64,000 nucleotides of DNA from Podarcis gaigeae (Eukaryota), in the NCBI GenBank assembly GCA_964106915.2, contig OZ066914.1. One strand, written 5' to 3'. Within the stretch, counting starts at the first letter, position 1. Every line of letters begins with the position of its first letter. Shown here one piece after another: positions 39,494 to 52,900 of this stretch. The position numbers were made by a program, and so were the translations under genes. The notes under the pieces are model-generated. The model searched no databases, was not told the origin of the DNA, and worked only from the letters and a program-made list of their open reading frames with translations.

Positions 39494-42119
39494 CATAGGC
39501 GCCGACTCCATGGGGCCTGAGGGGGCCCGAGCCCCCTCAAAAATTCGTTTAAGAAAATTATTACCGTAAATTTCGCTCTATAACACACAGATTTTTTCTC
39601 CTAAAAAGTAAGGGGAAATGTCTGTGTGTGTTATTGAGCGAATGTGTGGTCCCTGGAGCTGACTCGCCGGAGCGCAGGGGCAAAAATAGGCAAAAATCAG
39701 GCAAAAATAAGATCGGGCGGAGGGAAGGCGGAAGCTGCTGCTTTCCTGCATTCTGCCTCAGGGTCTTACTGCCCACCTGCTTCTGTTGCTGCGTTTGCTC
39801 AAACTCAACAAAGAGCAGGGAATCCTCTGCCCTCCTGGCAAGCAGAGGGTTAAGGAAAGGATCGAGTCCTTCCTTCTAATTCTTTCCTAGTCACACTGCG
39901 TGCAGGCTCCAGCCCACCACCTCCTCCTCTCCGTGCTCTAGGGACTCGCAGGTGGGGGAGAGAGAGAGAGGGCTGGCTTGGGGGGGGGGGACTTTTGCCT
40001 TCCTTTCCTCCCCCCCACCCCGTTAAACTCCTCCCCTGCATTCTTAGCCAGCTGCTTCTCGGCACATCCCTCTTGTGCTTCTTGTCCCTTCTGTGTTTTT
40101 CCTTCCCTCCCCATTTAAAACGTGGTGACAAAGCACGGATCCACATGGATCCTCAGGATTTTTGCATTGGGTCACCCCAAATTCACCATCAGATCACATT
40201 ACATGTCCATGGCTACAGTCTGTACCAAAAAAATCACGCACCCACTGTTGCCTGGGGCTGCAATGGTGCAAAAACGTGGTTACAAAGCATGGATCCACAG
40301 GATCTTTGCACTGGGTCACCCCAAATTCACCATCAGATAACATAGCATGTCCATGGCTACAGCCTGCACCAAAAAAATCACGCACCCACTGTGGCCTGGG
40401 GCCACAATGGTGCAAAAACGTGGTTACAAAGCACGGATCCACATGGATCCTCAGGATTTTTGCATTGGGTCACCCCAAATTCACCATCAGATCACATAGC
40501 ATGTTCATGGCTACATCTTGCACCAAAAAAATCACGCACCCACTGTTGCCTAGGGTCACAGTGGTGCAAAAACGTGGTTACAAAGCACGGATCCACATGG
40601 ATCCTCCGGATCTTTGCATTGGGTCACCCCAAATTCACCATCAGATCACATAGCATGTCCATGGCTACATCTTGCACCAAAAAAATCACGCACCCACTGT
40701 TGCCTAGGGTCACAGTGGTGCAAAAACGTGGTTACAAAGCACGGATCCACATGGATCCTCAGGATCTTTGCATTGGGTCACCCCAAATTCACCATCAGAT
40801 CACATAGCATGTCCATGGCTAAATCTTGCACCAAAAAAATCACGCACCCACTGTTGCCTAGGGTCACAGTGGTGCAAAAACGTGGTTACAAAGCACGGAT
40901 CCACATGGATCCTCAGGATCTTTGCATTGGGTCACCCCAAATTCACCATCAGATCACATAGCATGTCCATGGCTACATCTAGCACCAAAAAAATCACGCA
41001 CCCACTGTTGCCTGGGGTCACAGTGGTGCAAAAACGTGGTTACAAAGCACGGATCCACATGGATCCTCAGGATTTTTGCATTGGGTCACCCCAAATTCAC
41101 CATCAGATCACATAGCATGTCCATGGCTACATCTTGCACCAAAAAAATCACGCACCCACTGTTGCCTAGGGTCACAGTGGTGCAAAAATGTGGTTACAAA
41201 GCACGGATCCACATGGATCCTCAGGATCTTTGCATTGGGTCACCCCAAATTCACCATCAGATCACATAGCATGTCCATGGCTACATCTTGCACCAAAAAA
41301 ATCACGCACCCACTGTTGCCTAGGGTCACAGTGGTGCAAAAACGTGGTTACAAAGCATGGATCCACATGGATCCTCAGGATTTTTGTATTGGGCTACTCC
41401 AAACTCACTGTCAGATATTAAAAATCTTTATAAAATAGAGAATTAAATACATACAGAATGTTAATTTTTCAGTTTTGAAATATTAGTACTAGTTTAGTAC
41501 TGTATTTCTATATTACTATAGTACTGTATTAGTTATTTTCAAATACTTAAATATTTTTAGGGTGTAAGACCCAATTAAAGCCCGTTATTTACATACAGTA
41601 TTACAGTATTTACATACAGTATTAGGCATACTGTATTAACTTTATTAACTGTATTAAAGCATTAACTTTGAGATATTATTTTTATTTAATGAACCCTCAG
41701 CCTTATTCAAAGTAAGCTTAAATTAGCTATTTCACTTATTAATCAAATGCTATTACTGTGCGACAGCAATATTTTATGTTTTATTCTTTTAATGATAGTT
41801 TAGGATTTATTTAAATATCATTTCAGTCTTTTCAGAGCTATATATTCACTGCTCTGTAATAGTCTATAAGCATAATTGTTAGTGTAAATTAAATTAGCTT
41901 TTTACGAAAATACCGTGCGTGTTTATGTTTTGTTTCTTTTTTCAAAGCCAAAAAGTGTTTCAAGCTTGTCGAGTTTCCCGGAGTGTGGAGTTATAGAGTT
42001 TTCGGGGTTCTAATGTTGATCATATGACTCTAAAATACTTTTTAAAAACTTTAAAACTCACTAATTTTCATCTAAAATTTAGAAAACTTCCCAATATTTT
42101 TTATAAGTCGGCGCCCCTG
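39494..42119. mobile_element. Non-autonomous hAT DNA transposon (2.6 kb) carrying a tandem array
   Basis: Perfect 8-bp TSD ATTAGATA (39486-93, 42120-27). TIRs CATAGGCGCCGACT / AGTCGGCGCCCCTG (12/14). No transposase ORF. Confidence 0.92.
40117..41415. repeat. 154-bp tandem repeat, about 8.5 copies
   Basis: Unit AAAACGTGGTTACAAAGCACGGATCCACATGGATCCTCAGGAT...CACAGTGGTGC; ORF starts recur every 154 nt (40614, 40768, 40922, 41076). Confidence 0.97.
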
Positions 42120-44145
42120 ATTAGATATCTTACCCACATTTCAACACAAGGCTCCAGAGTTGGTTGCAACAATAAAATGCACAGTTCTAAAACAAACAAA
42201 TCCTGTACATTCATGAAACAAACGAACAGATAGTTAAACCAGGTCCATATCTCGCTGTATACAAGTTGTACAAGTGACAATAAAGTATTTAAGTTCAATT
42301 TCAATTTTCAATTCAATATGTTTAACAATTAAAAACCATTCCATCTGCAAAAAATAACACATTTTTACAACAACAACCCGACATAAAAACAGTTAAAATA
42401 GTTCCGGTACAGAATCAGACTGGGATAAAGATCTCCATTTAAAATTTTCATTGAAAGAAAAACTCTCAGCAGGCACCAAAGAGACAAGAGGGACAGAACC
42501 TGTGTGCCATGTAATGGGAGGGAATTCCACCGCATGAAAAAGCTGAATCCTCTATCATGAGGAATGTAGCTCCTGTTAAGATGGCATCTGGAGGAGGTCC
42601 TCTCCTGTAGTGATGGAGCTCCTGTAGACAGCTATTAGCCCAGCATCCTGGTCCCAAGCTAAACATACCAGCACCTGGTACTATTTAGAGAACACTATCA
42701 TATCTACGCACGTGACAGCAAGCCAATAACCTATGCATAGAACACCCTTTGTAGCTCCTGTTTTTGGTCTCCACTGCTCCACGCACACGTCCCTAAATCA
42801 ATTAATACATTTGACTTATTAGCAAGCGACTTTGGGAAGGATCAAAATGTTGTGCCAGAGCACAGAATGGGTATGTCAAAGTTCTGGTGCTGAGTTGTGT
42901 GTGCTCCTTTTCCTTATAACGAGGTTGCAGGGGGCGTGTCACTGTTGGATCAGCAATTTGATTATGTATTGCAATGACTTGGGAATTAAAGATTTTGGTA
43001 GAAAATGCAACATAAGTTCAAGTTCTCCATTGAGTGGGAGCCACAACAATGAATTTTAATACTAAGGAAAAACAATGGGGATGGGGAAGTCATATATATT
43101 GTTTGCAGATTGACAAGAACACCGCAGGATGCTGGGAGTGGTTTCCATTCTGGACCTAGGATGAGTAAGACAACATTAACAATTTCCATTTCCACTGGAA
43201 TACCCACTGCCAGGACACAGCCTCCAACAGAGCACCACTGATGGAATGTGACCCTTGACAGAAGTACAAAGGTGTTCCCATTCCTGCTTAAAAGAGTAGG
43301 TGAACACATAGTTGATGGAATACATGGACTGATTCTGGCAAATGATTAACATCAGTTGAGGAATTTGCTTCTTCCTCTGGGCCAACACAACACAAAGAAA
43401 TACAGAGAAATAAAGAGAAACAGCTCACACAACTATGCAATTATATTAAACTTCCCAAAGACCAAAAATAAAAATAAGACATTTATATTCCAAGTGTCCC
43501 GTTTCTTTAAATACAGCTTTTACATTATGCATGCAATACCAAAATCATTTAAGTGCATAACAAGATGTCTCAAAGCCAAAGTTCCATCCAAATATTAATT
43601 TGTTCAATAAAGAATCTCCTTATTGTTAAAGGATAATCCACAGACTGGGAAAAACTGTCCGCGTCTCTGGGAGTGTTGTAGCTTTGCTCTCCATCACTCA
43701 AACCGCAGTGGCAGTGCCCCGGCTGAGTGGAATCCTAAGCGAATTTCCTTACAAAATGAGTAGAGTGCCTTTTCACTGTTATGGAGCTGACTTTTCTATT
43801 TTAGCATGTGTTTTGCTGTCATATCATCCCATTGCAGACTGACCAGAGGAAGACATTTGAAACAGAGATTTGCATCCAGCAATCTTGCTTAGGATTTCAC
43901 ACAGCTGGGACACAGCTATATTTAAAGAAGCATACACTTGGAGGAATATAAATGTCTTATTTTTATATTTGGTCATTGGGAAGTTCTAGATAATTGCATA
44001 CAGAGTTGTGTGAGCTGTGTTTATCTAGGCCAACAATTTGCTCTTTTTGAGGATGTGTAGCAAGACCTCTGTTCAAGCCGTGTTTGATGGCATGGATCCA
44101 ATGAAGTTGACTCTGGTTCACTGGTTAACCTGGTTTAGAAAAATT

Positions 44146-44373
44146 GTTAGGATTAGGGTTGGGATTAGTGTTAGATTTAGGGGTTGGGATTTAGGGTTAG
44201 GAGTTTGGGTTGGGGTTAGGGGATGGGGGTTAGGGGTTGTGGTTTAGGATTAAGGGTCCGGGTTATAGGTTATGGGCTAGGGTTAGTGGTTAGGGTTAAG
44301 GTAAGTGGTAAAGGTTAGGGTTAAGGTTTGGAGGTTAGAGGGTTATGGGTTGGGGGTTATGGGTTAGAGTTAG
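44146..44373 (+). repeat. Degenerate interstitial telomere-like (TTAGGG)n tract
   Basis: About 230 bp of TTAGGG, TTGGGG, TTATGGG and TTAAGG variants. Confidence 0.8.
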
Positions 44374-47282
44374 ACTTTATATACCGTAACTCCTGACTGA
44401 GGAAAAACCTCAAATAAAAAAGGATTTTTTATAAAAAAAAGGATGGCAGCCTAAAATGTCTTATTTCCTTTTTTCTTTTTATTCATATTTTAAAACAGGA
44501 AAATTCAGTCTGAGCTGCTGTTCACAGTGAAGGTGCAGGATACAGGATTCCTTTATTTGTGTCCAAGGAAACGAAACATTGCACTCCACTGGAGACTCTT
44601 CACTTTTTTAAAGCTCATTTTGTATTTTTTTTTTTAAATCAAGCAAATGGAAAAGCTGACGGTCAATCCCTTAGAGGGAGGTCTTACTTAAATCAACGTG
44701 AAATGCTTCCAAGTGGTGAGTGTTTAGGGCTGCTTGTCACATTCGTTTCCCAAAAAGAAGCAGGTAGTTTCATTTTTAAAACTGTAATAATAGAGCTTCA
44801 ACACAAGAGTGTGCCAGTGCATTTGAAAGCTGAACTGGATTTCATTTTCAGGTTTCACCTCCAAATTCAAGCAACATCAAAGCAGCTGGGATGCCTGTCC
44901 AGCCCAGCAATGTATCACAGATGAAAATGCATTGGCAATCTTGCAGCACCTCCCTCTTCATAAGGAGGATCCCTGTGAACCCTCCTATTAGGACACATTG
45001 CTGAAGGGTTTTCTACTCTTTGGTGGCCATTGCCTCTGCAGTAGCCTGTCCTCTTCTGACTTAAAAGCCAAGAGGGTAATACAGCAGTTCCTTTTGCTAA
45101 AGACATACCAGAAAAACCTAATTGGCTTGCAATGACTTTTTGACAATTAGAAAATATGCCTTTGTATGTGAAATGGCAGACTGTATGCTGCATGGTGCTT
45201 TGTGTGATGTGCCTGCATTTATATGCATGTGCTCTAGACACAAGGAAGGGAGGAAGGGAAAGAGAAAATAATTCTAGAGACTCTGGATACAGCATATCTG
45301 CATTAATTCTCCATTGTTCATACCATGTACTCTAAATCACTGCCTTCTCACACTTATCCCTCCCTCCATATGGATTTCCTCACACTCACTCCTTTTTCAG
45401 TATCCCTGGTACAGTATTAGAAAATCTGGACCGAGGGAAGAGAAAGTGTAGGAAGGCAAGGAAGAAGCTCCTAAGAATGGTTAAAAGGCTTCCTATAGAA
45501 AAAGACAACTGGGGAACCAGAACCTAAGGCTCTTGGTCATTGTTCTTAGTCACCTGTATGACACTCATGCATGTAAATGAGCTCTAAATCCTTTCCTTGG
45601 AGAGGAAGAGGGGTGGTTGTAATTCTTTTTTTTTCTTGTTGATGGAACAGGTGAGTGAGCATCTCCAGGTGATCAGCCAGGCCTCCATGCTCACAGCATA
45701 GCAGCAAGTGCAAGGCGATCCTAAAAGCTGTCACCCATTATTGTTGACACCTGGCACCCGTCTGTCTTGAGAGACAATGGAGTGTGCCTCCAGGGATGAA
45801 GTCCAAGTGCCTGGGCAGTGTGTCTGGAGGTCCTGCACTGCCCAGACGACAAGCTGAGCTGAGCTAAGATGGGGAAACTGAGGACTGCTTTTTACAAATA
45901 GCTGTAATTTCGAAAGACTTTTATGCAGCCACCATATGCTTAGCTGTCATCTGTTTCCACCTACAGACTCTTAGCCAACAGGTGGAGGCTCACCCCACCC
46001 TTTCTAGTTTGTTTCCCAAACTGTTCTATAAGAAGTTGCCTGAGAATCACAAGAAAAGATACCAGGGGAATTAATTAAATATGGTTTTTCACCTTTGGAC
46101 CTTTTGAAAATATATCATGTGTTTGAAAATCACATCCATGGAAGTCTGCAATTAAGTCCCATATAGATGATACATATTGGATGATACACTTCTGAGATGC
46201 ATAGTACAGGTAACTTGCAACTTACCTACATTTATCTTGCGTGTGTTCAGCTTTACATGCTTGGCAAATAAGGCACCTGTCTTATTGCCTTTTAAAAAAG
46301 CCCTGTAAAGGCAGATAATTTTTCTGGAAGAGGGATTTAGCAAATTTCTAAAGTTTTGATCATTTCCCACTTCTTGTAATATCCCAATACACCTAGGTCT
46401 CATGCTCAGGTTCTGCAGTTCTCCTAGTATCAGGCTAATGTTTGAGATCAGGCAACTTTAAGAAGAGGAAAAAGGAGGCAGGACAAAGGAGCTTTGGTAA
46501 GTGGCAGGTTCATTAGCATTTGATATCTGACTGTGTAAATTCCATAAACATGTAACTTAAGAAGATTAAAACCCCGAGCAGAAAGAGCTACAACTTACTG
46601 TATTATAACTAATTCCCTTTGCGTGTCCAGGGCTTTGAAATGTTAATAAACCTGTTGCATAGAACAGTTCTGCTCGCTGCCTTGACTCATCTCACAATTA
46701 CCTAGTTTTTCCTCATACTATGTCTAAAAGAGATAGAAATAAACCTCTGATCCAATGTTTGAAAAGACTTGCAGGCACGACATGATGTCTGTATGATTTA
46801 CTGCAGGGATGGGGAATCTGTGACCCTGTGGCCACTTCCTATGCGTTGTCAGTTTGAGGTGGTCAAGGTGGGAAATGGGGCATAACAGCTCCCCCCTCCC
46901 TCCTGCCCCATCAATTAATGAATTGATTTACAGTATTTCAGTTGCTGACCAGAGTGCAAACATATACAACAACAGTGAGCATACAGCTATAAATAGATTA
47001 AAATTAAACTATGAGCTGATACACGAGAAATAATTCACATATAAATATATATAAATTAAAACCTTAATCACTAATTTAAAACATTTTAAGACATTGGCCA
47101 TTAGATTCATTCAAAGCTTGTGTCCTTAAATTTATAGCAGCAGCACAGAATTTAGCCACTTTTAAGGTAATCTCCCTGTCCTCTATTAAGTATTTTAAGT
47201 AGTAATCATCAGTTCTTCTTGGGGTTTGCTGCATGATTGGAGTGATAAATATATAATGTATAGCCTTGTAATAATAACAGTG

Positions 47283-47645
47283 TAAAGGTAATGGACCCCT
47301 GGACGGCTAAGTCCAGTCCAAGATGACTCTGGGGTTGTGGTGCTCATCTTGCTTTCAGGCCGAGGGAGCCGGCGTTTGTCCACAGACAGCTTTCCAGGTC
47401 ATGTGGCCAGCAGAACTAAACCACTTCTGGTGCAACGGAACACCATGATGGAAACCAGAGTGCACAAAAATGCCGTTTACCTTCCCGCTGCAGAGGACCT
47501 ATTTACTTGTACTGGAGTGCTTTCGAACTGCTAGGTTGGCAGGAGCTGGGACAGAGCAATGGGAGCTCACCCCATCGCAGGGATTCAAACCACCAACCTT
47601 CTGATCAGCAAACCCAAGAATGGTTTAGACCACTGCGCCACCCAC
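47283..47645 (-). mobile_element. Sauria SINE, near full length
   Basis: Reverse-complement AAAGGT tail on the left and B-box remnant GGATTCAAACC on the right. Confidence 0.88.
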
Positions 47646-47970
47646 ATGTGACAGTGTGACAGGGCATGTGTAGCAGTTTCAACTTCCTTCAAACCACATA
47701 AGCATATTTGCTCTGAATATGGCTTGCCTTCAAATTTCACCAGCAGTAAAGCAGATGGAAGGACACTGAATCTGGCAAGAGTAAAAATCTCTTCTAAATT
47801 TAGGTATTTCTATTTTGGCTAAACACCTTGCTGCAGTAACCCCCCTCTCATTATCTTTAATTTCTGGATACCTGGTCATTTCACTCACGTGGCATTGCAA
47901 CTCAGCATCCCATATCCACTGGTTATCAGAGCCTAACTCCTGCTCCATAAACATTTCCATTTCAGTAATT

Positions 47971-49959
47971 ATTATTTTTTAAATGAATATTTATTAGCAT
48001 TTTCAAAAAAGGACAAAACACATAAAAACAAAAACAAAAACAAACAAAAAATACAAAAACCCAAAACTTAAAAACAATTAAAAACACCTAAAAGTTCAAA
48101 TACTTACTTTCTTTTAACTTGTTTCTCAGACCTCCTCACACCTCCCCTTCTTGTATTCCAATTTAAATTATTAGCTCAGCAAATCCTTAACTTACTTCTC
48201 CATTTTAACTTAATTTAATTTACTCTGACATGTTATTATTTTACTTTTCTTCTTTCTTCCGTTTCCTCAATTTATATTTACAAACCTTATTTTCATTTAA
48301 TTTAGGCCATTTTAAAAACCAATTTTAACTTATCCAAATTTACACATCAATATTTATACCTCATTATTTTTTCTTAAACATTTTTCCTAAAGTCGACCAA
48401 AATTTCCCTTCCACGACTTTCCCAATTTCCATACCAATAGCAAAACAAAATAAAAACAAAGCAAACTATATTTATATACCCTTTGGATTCCCAAACTCCA
48501 CCCACCCTTTTCCTGGTTTCAGTCCTCAACAAAAATCCATCAGTCTCAATATACTGTTTAGCCTGGAGATCTCACGTCCGAGGCTCTCAATTCTCTCTCA
48601 GTTCCTCTCTGCCGGTCTTTTTGATAGTCTTTAATGTTAAACTCCAAATCTTGAAGAAGCTCCGGCCCAACAGGATCCATGTTTCTACCAGCCAGACCTC
48701 CATATTTAAAAATAAAGCTTATGGGGTACTTCAAATCTTGTTTTATACTCCTTTCAGGTTCAAAGGTCCCCCAAGCTCCAGCTTCCACCTCCAATTCAGG
48801 CCAGGCTCTCCACATCAGATTTTTATTTTCCTTTTTTGTCATCATGTCAGGCCTCAAAATGTAGCTCTCCTTTAACTTCTGCAAAGTTTCAGCTCCTCCT
48901 TCCTTTTCTTCAGGAACAACATCTGTCACCTGCTCCATATTGTCAAAGCTCTCCGTTTTCTCTATTTGTTCAGTTGGATAGGCTCCTTGTTTCAAGTCCT
49001 TATCAGGTTCAACAATGTTCTTTACTGCTAAATCCAGAGTTGTAACATTTGTAGCCAAAACATCAGTTTGGCCTTGTAACTTTCCCAAGAGAACCAATGC
49101 TCTGTCCAATTCAGCCTGGATTTTCCTTCCTCCAGCCATTCCTGTAATGTCACTAAACCCCTCTAGGGTGATTTTAGTTCCTTAATATTCCTTTCAGCTC
49201 AAGTCCAAAAGTCAGGTTATTTTGTATCAGCCCTTCCTTATTTTCAACAAATTATTACAAATTAACCAACAGAAGCAACAAAAACAAGGTTCTCCTTTTC
49301 CGTCTCAACAGCCAACTTGACAGCTGTCAAACTTTTCAGTCTTTCATCAACAGGCTCTCTCGTGGGACACTCCCGGGTCCGGGGGGGTGAAACTTCAGCT
49401 CTCAAAATTAATCTTATTACCCTCCAGCAAAAATTCTTATAATGTCAAAACCGTGAAATTAAAATCTTTTACTAAAAAAGAAAGAAAGAAAAGATTCTCT
49501 CGACCTTAGCTAGCAGGTCCTTTGCTTTAAATTGTTTACAAAGGGGGGGGTGGACTTCCTTTTTAACCCTTCCCCGCTCGTTCCTGATCCGCCAAATTTT
49601 TCTTTAAAATTCCAATTTCCGTATTACTCGCGGGTTGAAGTTTTAGAGTCCGAATGTCCCAAGGAAAAAGTCAGCACTCTCTGATAATGGCTTGCAGCTT
49701 CACTCCGCAGATGAAGGAGTACTCTCAGCACTGCGCCGCACCCCCTTCCCCATTCCGAAGCCTTTAAAAAGGCTCCTTCACGGATTGGGGGGGCGCAAAT
49801 GGTGCCCGCCGAGTCACTACGCTCACAGGCTTCTGCGCCTGTGATTTTAAGGGTCCCCGCGTCACCGCAGCGGTAAGACCCAGTCTCTGCAGAGCCAATT
49901 CCCTCCGGAGCTCGGAGGGAATCCGCCATTAATCGATGGCGCCAACCCGGAAGTCCCCC
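47971..49959 (-). mobile_element. Complete short L1-derived non-autonomous retrotransposon (ORF1-only, HAL1-like)
   Basis: 15-bp TSD TCCATTTCAGTAATT (47956-70, 49960-74). 5' end GGGGGACTTCCGG...AATGGCGG with a CpG-rich 5' UTR, one 193-aa ORF, an L1-type 3' UTR, AATAAA (47990-95) and an A-rich tail. Confidence 0.85.
48558..49139 (-). CDS. Shortened L1 ORF1-like protein (193 aa) of the element
   Basis: N-terminal heptad/coiled-coil segment (LDRALVLLGKLQGQTDVLATNVTTLDLAV). KQDLKYPISFIFKYGG loosely resembles the ORF1p C-terminal domain. Position matches L1 ORF1. Confidence 0.6.
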   Translation of the reverse strand: MAGGRKIQAELDRALVLLGKLQGQTDVLATNVTTLDLAVKNIVEPDKDLKQGAYPTEQIEKTESFDNMEQVTDVVPEEKEGGAETLQKLKESYILRPDMMTKKENKNLMWRAWPELEVEAGAWGTFEPERSIKQDLKYPISFIFKYGGLAGRNMDPVGPELLQDLEFNIKDYQKDRQRGTERELRASDVRSPG

Positions 49960-52900
49960 TCCATTTCAGTAATTCTTGGCTGTCTTTAAGAGGGGAATGC
50001 CCAGAGCAGGAGAGAACTCTGCATACTGTTGTAGACCCAAAGCTGATTTGCTGACAGCTCCCACTGAGGTGCATCTTATGTGCCTAATGAATCTCAAGTT
50101 TCTTTTATTCAATGTATGATAGCAAATATTGGTTGAAAGAAAAGATGGTAATGGATGATACCCAAATATATCATAGGAAGTTACCTTATATACCTTATAA
50201 GGTATATACCTTGTACCTTTGGTCTGTTGAGCCTTGTATTGTCCATACTAACAAGCAGTAGTTTTGGTTCTGGAATAGGCAGTCAGTCCATGGAAATCCC
50301 ATTGTGTAACCAGAAGTCTGTTCCACTAGCAGATGGACACAATGGATATTTATTTATGCTATTTATTTATAAAGATTTCTGATTTACAACCACAAAATTG
50401 TCATAAAAGTATGAATACAACACACATATAAAAATCATCAGAAACTTTAAACACAAATAAGGCTATTGGGGAAATATCTCTGGGTAGATTTGCTTCAGCA
50501 GGCATCTAAAACAGCTTAGCAAGGGTGCTTGCCTAATATCAATATCACAGTATTACAAATATCCCTGGTATAGTTAAGACCACCAATATTGGTACACAAG
50601 GCATTTACTATCAAAAATATATATAAATTATATACAATCACTATATTGTTAAACATTTCTGATGATAGACTCAAAAGAAAGTGGAAGAATTCTATATAAC
50701 TTGTTAAAAGTGGGCAAAGGTTTGCATACCTATTAGCTTCAAAGCAATAGCTGGATGTAAAATCGAATGAAAACTGCATCCAGGTGGTGCACACATAGCA
50801 TTGTACACCATAGTAACTATAAAAAGGATTCACAGCCAGTTCTAGGCAATTCTTAGTTCTGGAAGTATAAATAACAGTATTCTAACCTCAAAAAATGTCT
50901 TCATGTAAATCTACAATGACTTTTTGGAAACATTATTAAAGTTATTAAATGAAACAGCAGGTAAAAATGAACCCATAAATCTTCTTGTCTCATTATTAGG
51001 ACTGTTGCAGCAACCTATAAAAAACACAACTATTACATGATTATACATTTGATTGTGACACCTTGGATACAGATTGCAAAAGAATGGAAGAAATCAAGCT
51101 TATCTACAACAGATGAATGGCTTTGAAGTGCCAGGCATACGTCAATAATGATAAACATCACACCCTTCAAAATACTCTGAGACAACAGAAAACCCGCACT
51201 TATAGGCAACTGTACAAATAAAATAGTGGTTGGAGAAAAGGAAAACGGGGGTCTTTTGTTATGTTGGGATCAAATTAAACCATACAAATATGTATGGAAG
51301 AGAATACAAATATTGTTTAATCTTGTTGAATTTCAAGTCCCAATTAATTTTTAAATAGAATACAGCAGGAATTTTTGTGGGGGTTTTTTGTAGAGATGTT
51401 TTTTGAAAAGTCAAACACCACCCCTTACTGTATCTTGGTAAAAATACAGCAGCTTACAGAATTGACAATATGCCTGTTAAAAATATCTCCAAATTTACTA
51501 CAGGTGGAAATGATTTGGGTGTCAAGATTTAATATAAGTTTTAGAATTGAAGTTTGATCTTTGACCTCAAATGTAAACTGCTTTTTTTCCTCTGAATCCT
51601 TATTTACATTTATTCACAAACTTACACCTTCATTTTTTGAGTGATTTTTTTTTTACGTTGTGCTGCTCCAGCATCTTTCACATGTGCTCATTCATTTTCC
51701 ACATCATGAAATCAGAGCAGTCTAGAATCCATTTCATAATGTGCCATAATAATCCTAGATTGGATTTTGTTTTGTTTTCTCTGTTCAGCAATTTAGGGTA
51801 GAATTTGGAATAGGAATTACCAATTGTGTTCCCCATTTGTTGTTTCTGTGATTATTTTTTATAAATAGTTTACACCATTGTTTTGTCACAGTCTAGCCCC
51901 ACTGCTTTGGCCATGCGGATTTTGGATCAAAAGTTAATACAATGTGACGTATTATTGATTAGGAATGGCTCCCACCATCATGACCGCCTGCACTGCAACT
52001 CTTGTCAGTCTGGATTTTGTTTATTTAAACTGAGATCTCATTAGTATTTACATATGCAAGAGCACAATATCCTATAGTCATTTGTCAAATGTTCTGAAAT
52101 TTGGTCAAGGTGCAAACAAGCTTGCAGCAATTAGGGAAAAATATACAATCTACATGAAAGTCACATTGAAGGTAGAAAAGACGGTGGACACAAGAATCAA
52201 ATTCACTGAATTCAAATGCTAACTAGTTGCTGAGAAGTTATTCTTTTGGGATTCAGTCATTTGGGGCATGGCAGCTCATCTCTCACTTTGAATTAATGTG
52301 ATGAACAGTCATTACTTAAATATAATTAAATATGTATGACTCACAGAAATTATTGGTGCAGCCAACCACTTCCCCTCCACAAAGCATTGAACCAATGCCT
52401 AACCACCAACTTTACAAAGTTGTGACGATTTGCTACACGGTAGGCAAAAACCAAATGGCATCAGCCAATCAGCCAAATGGCAAAATTCCTACTGGGCCCC
52501 TGCTCCAAAACAGACGACCCCTAGACAGGCATAGCAAGGCCAAAGAACAGCCCCAAATAAAGGGTGGGAGGGTGGGTGATCCGATGCACAGCGCAGGAAA
52601 GAGAAAGCTCCCAGCAACGTGCAGCAGCTTAAATAGCCCCTCGGTAGCCAATAGACGACCCAACAGGCCAAATTTCTGCCCCAGCAACCAAGGGGCAACC
52701 AAGGGGGTGTTGTGGCTATCCAAACAGTCCCGCCCCACAACAGGGAGGCAGTTTAGGTGATCTCACCGCAATACATGCCCTCCATGATGGAGGACACGAT
52801 TAAGCAAAATTTTGTAAAGCCAGAATGCCCTCTATAAAATGGGAAGAAACCCATTAAATCATTCCAACCTCTTCAGAGGACTCTCCAATGTCCTCCACAA

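Noticed and set aside
40122-41438. Series of similar 115-163 aa ORFs; also considered as a CRISPR-like array
   Set aside because: The ORFs are by-products of a 154-bp unit (not a multiple of 3). There are no unique spacers, no cas genes, and the context is vertebrate.
43100-43960. Exon-like segments after polypyrimidine/AG sites
   Set aside because: All frames contain stops and I recognise no protein family; could be lncRNA or decayed TE but is unsupported.
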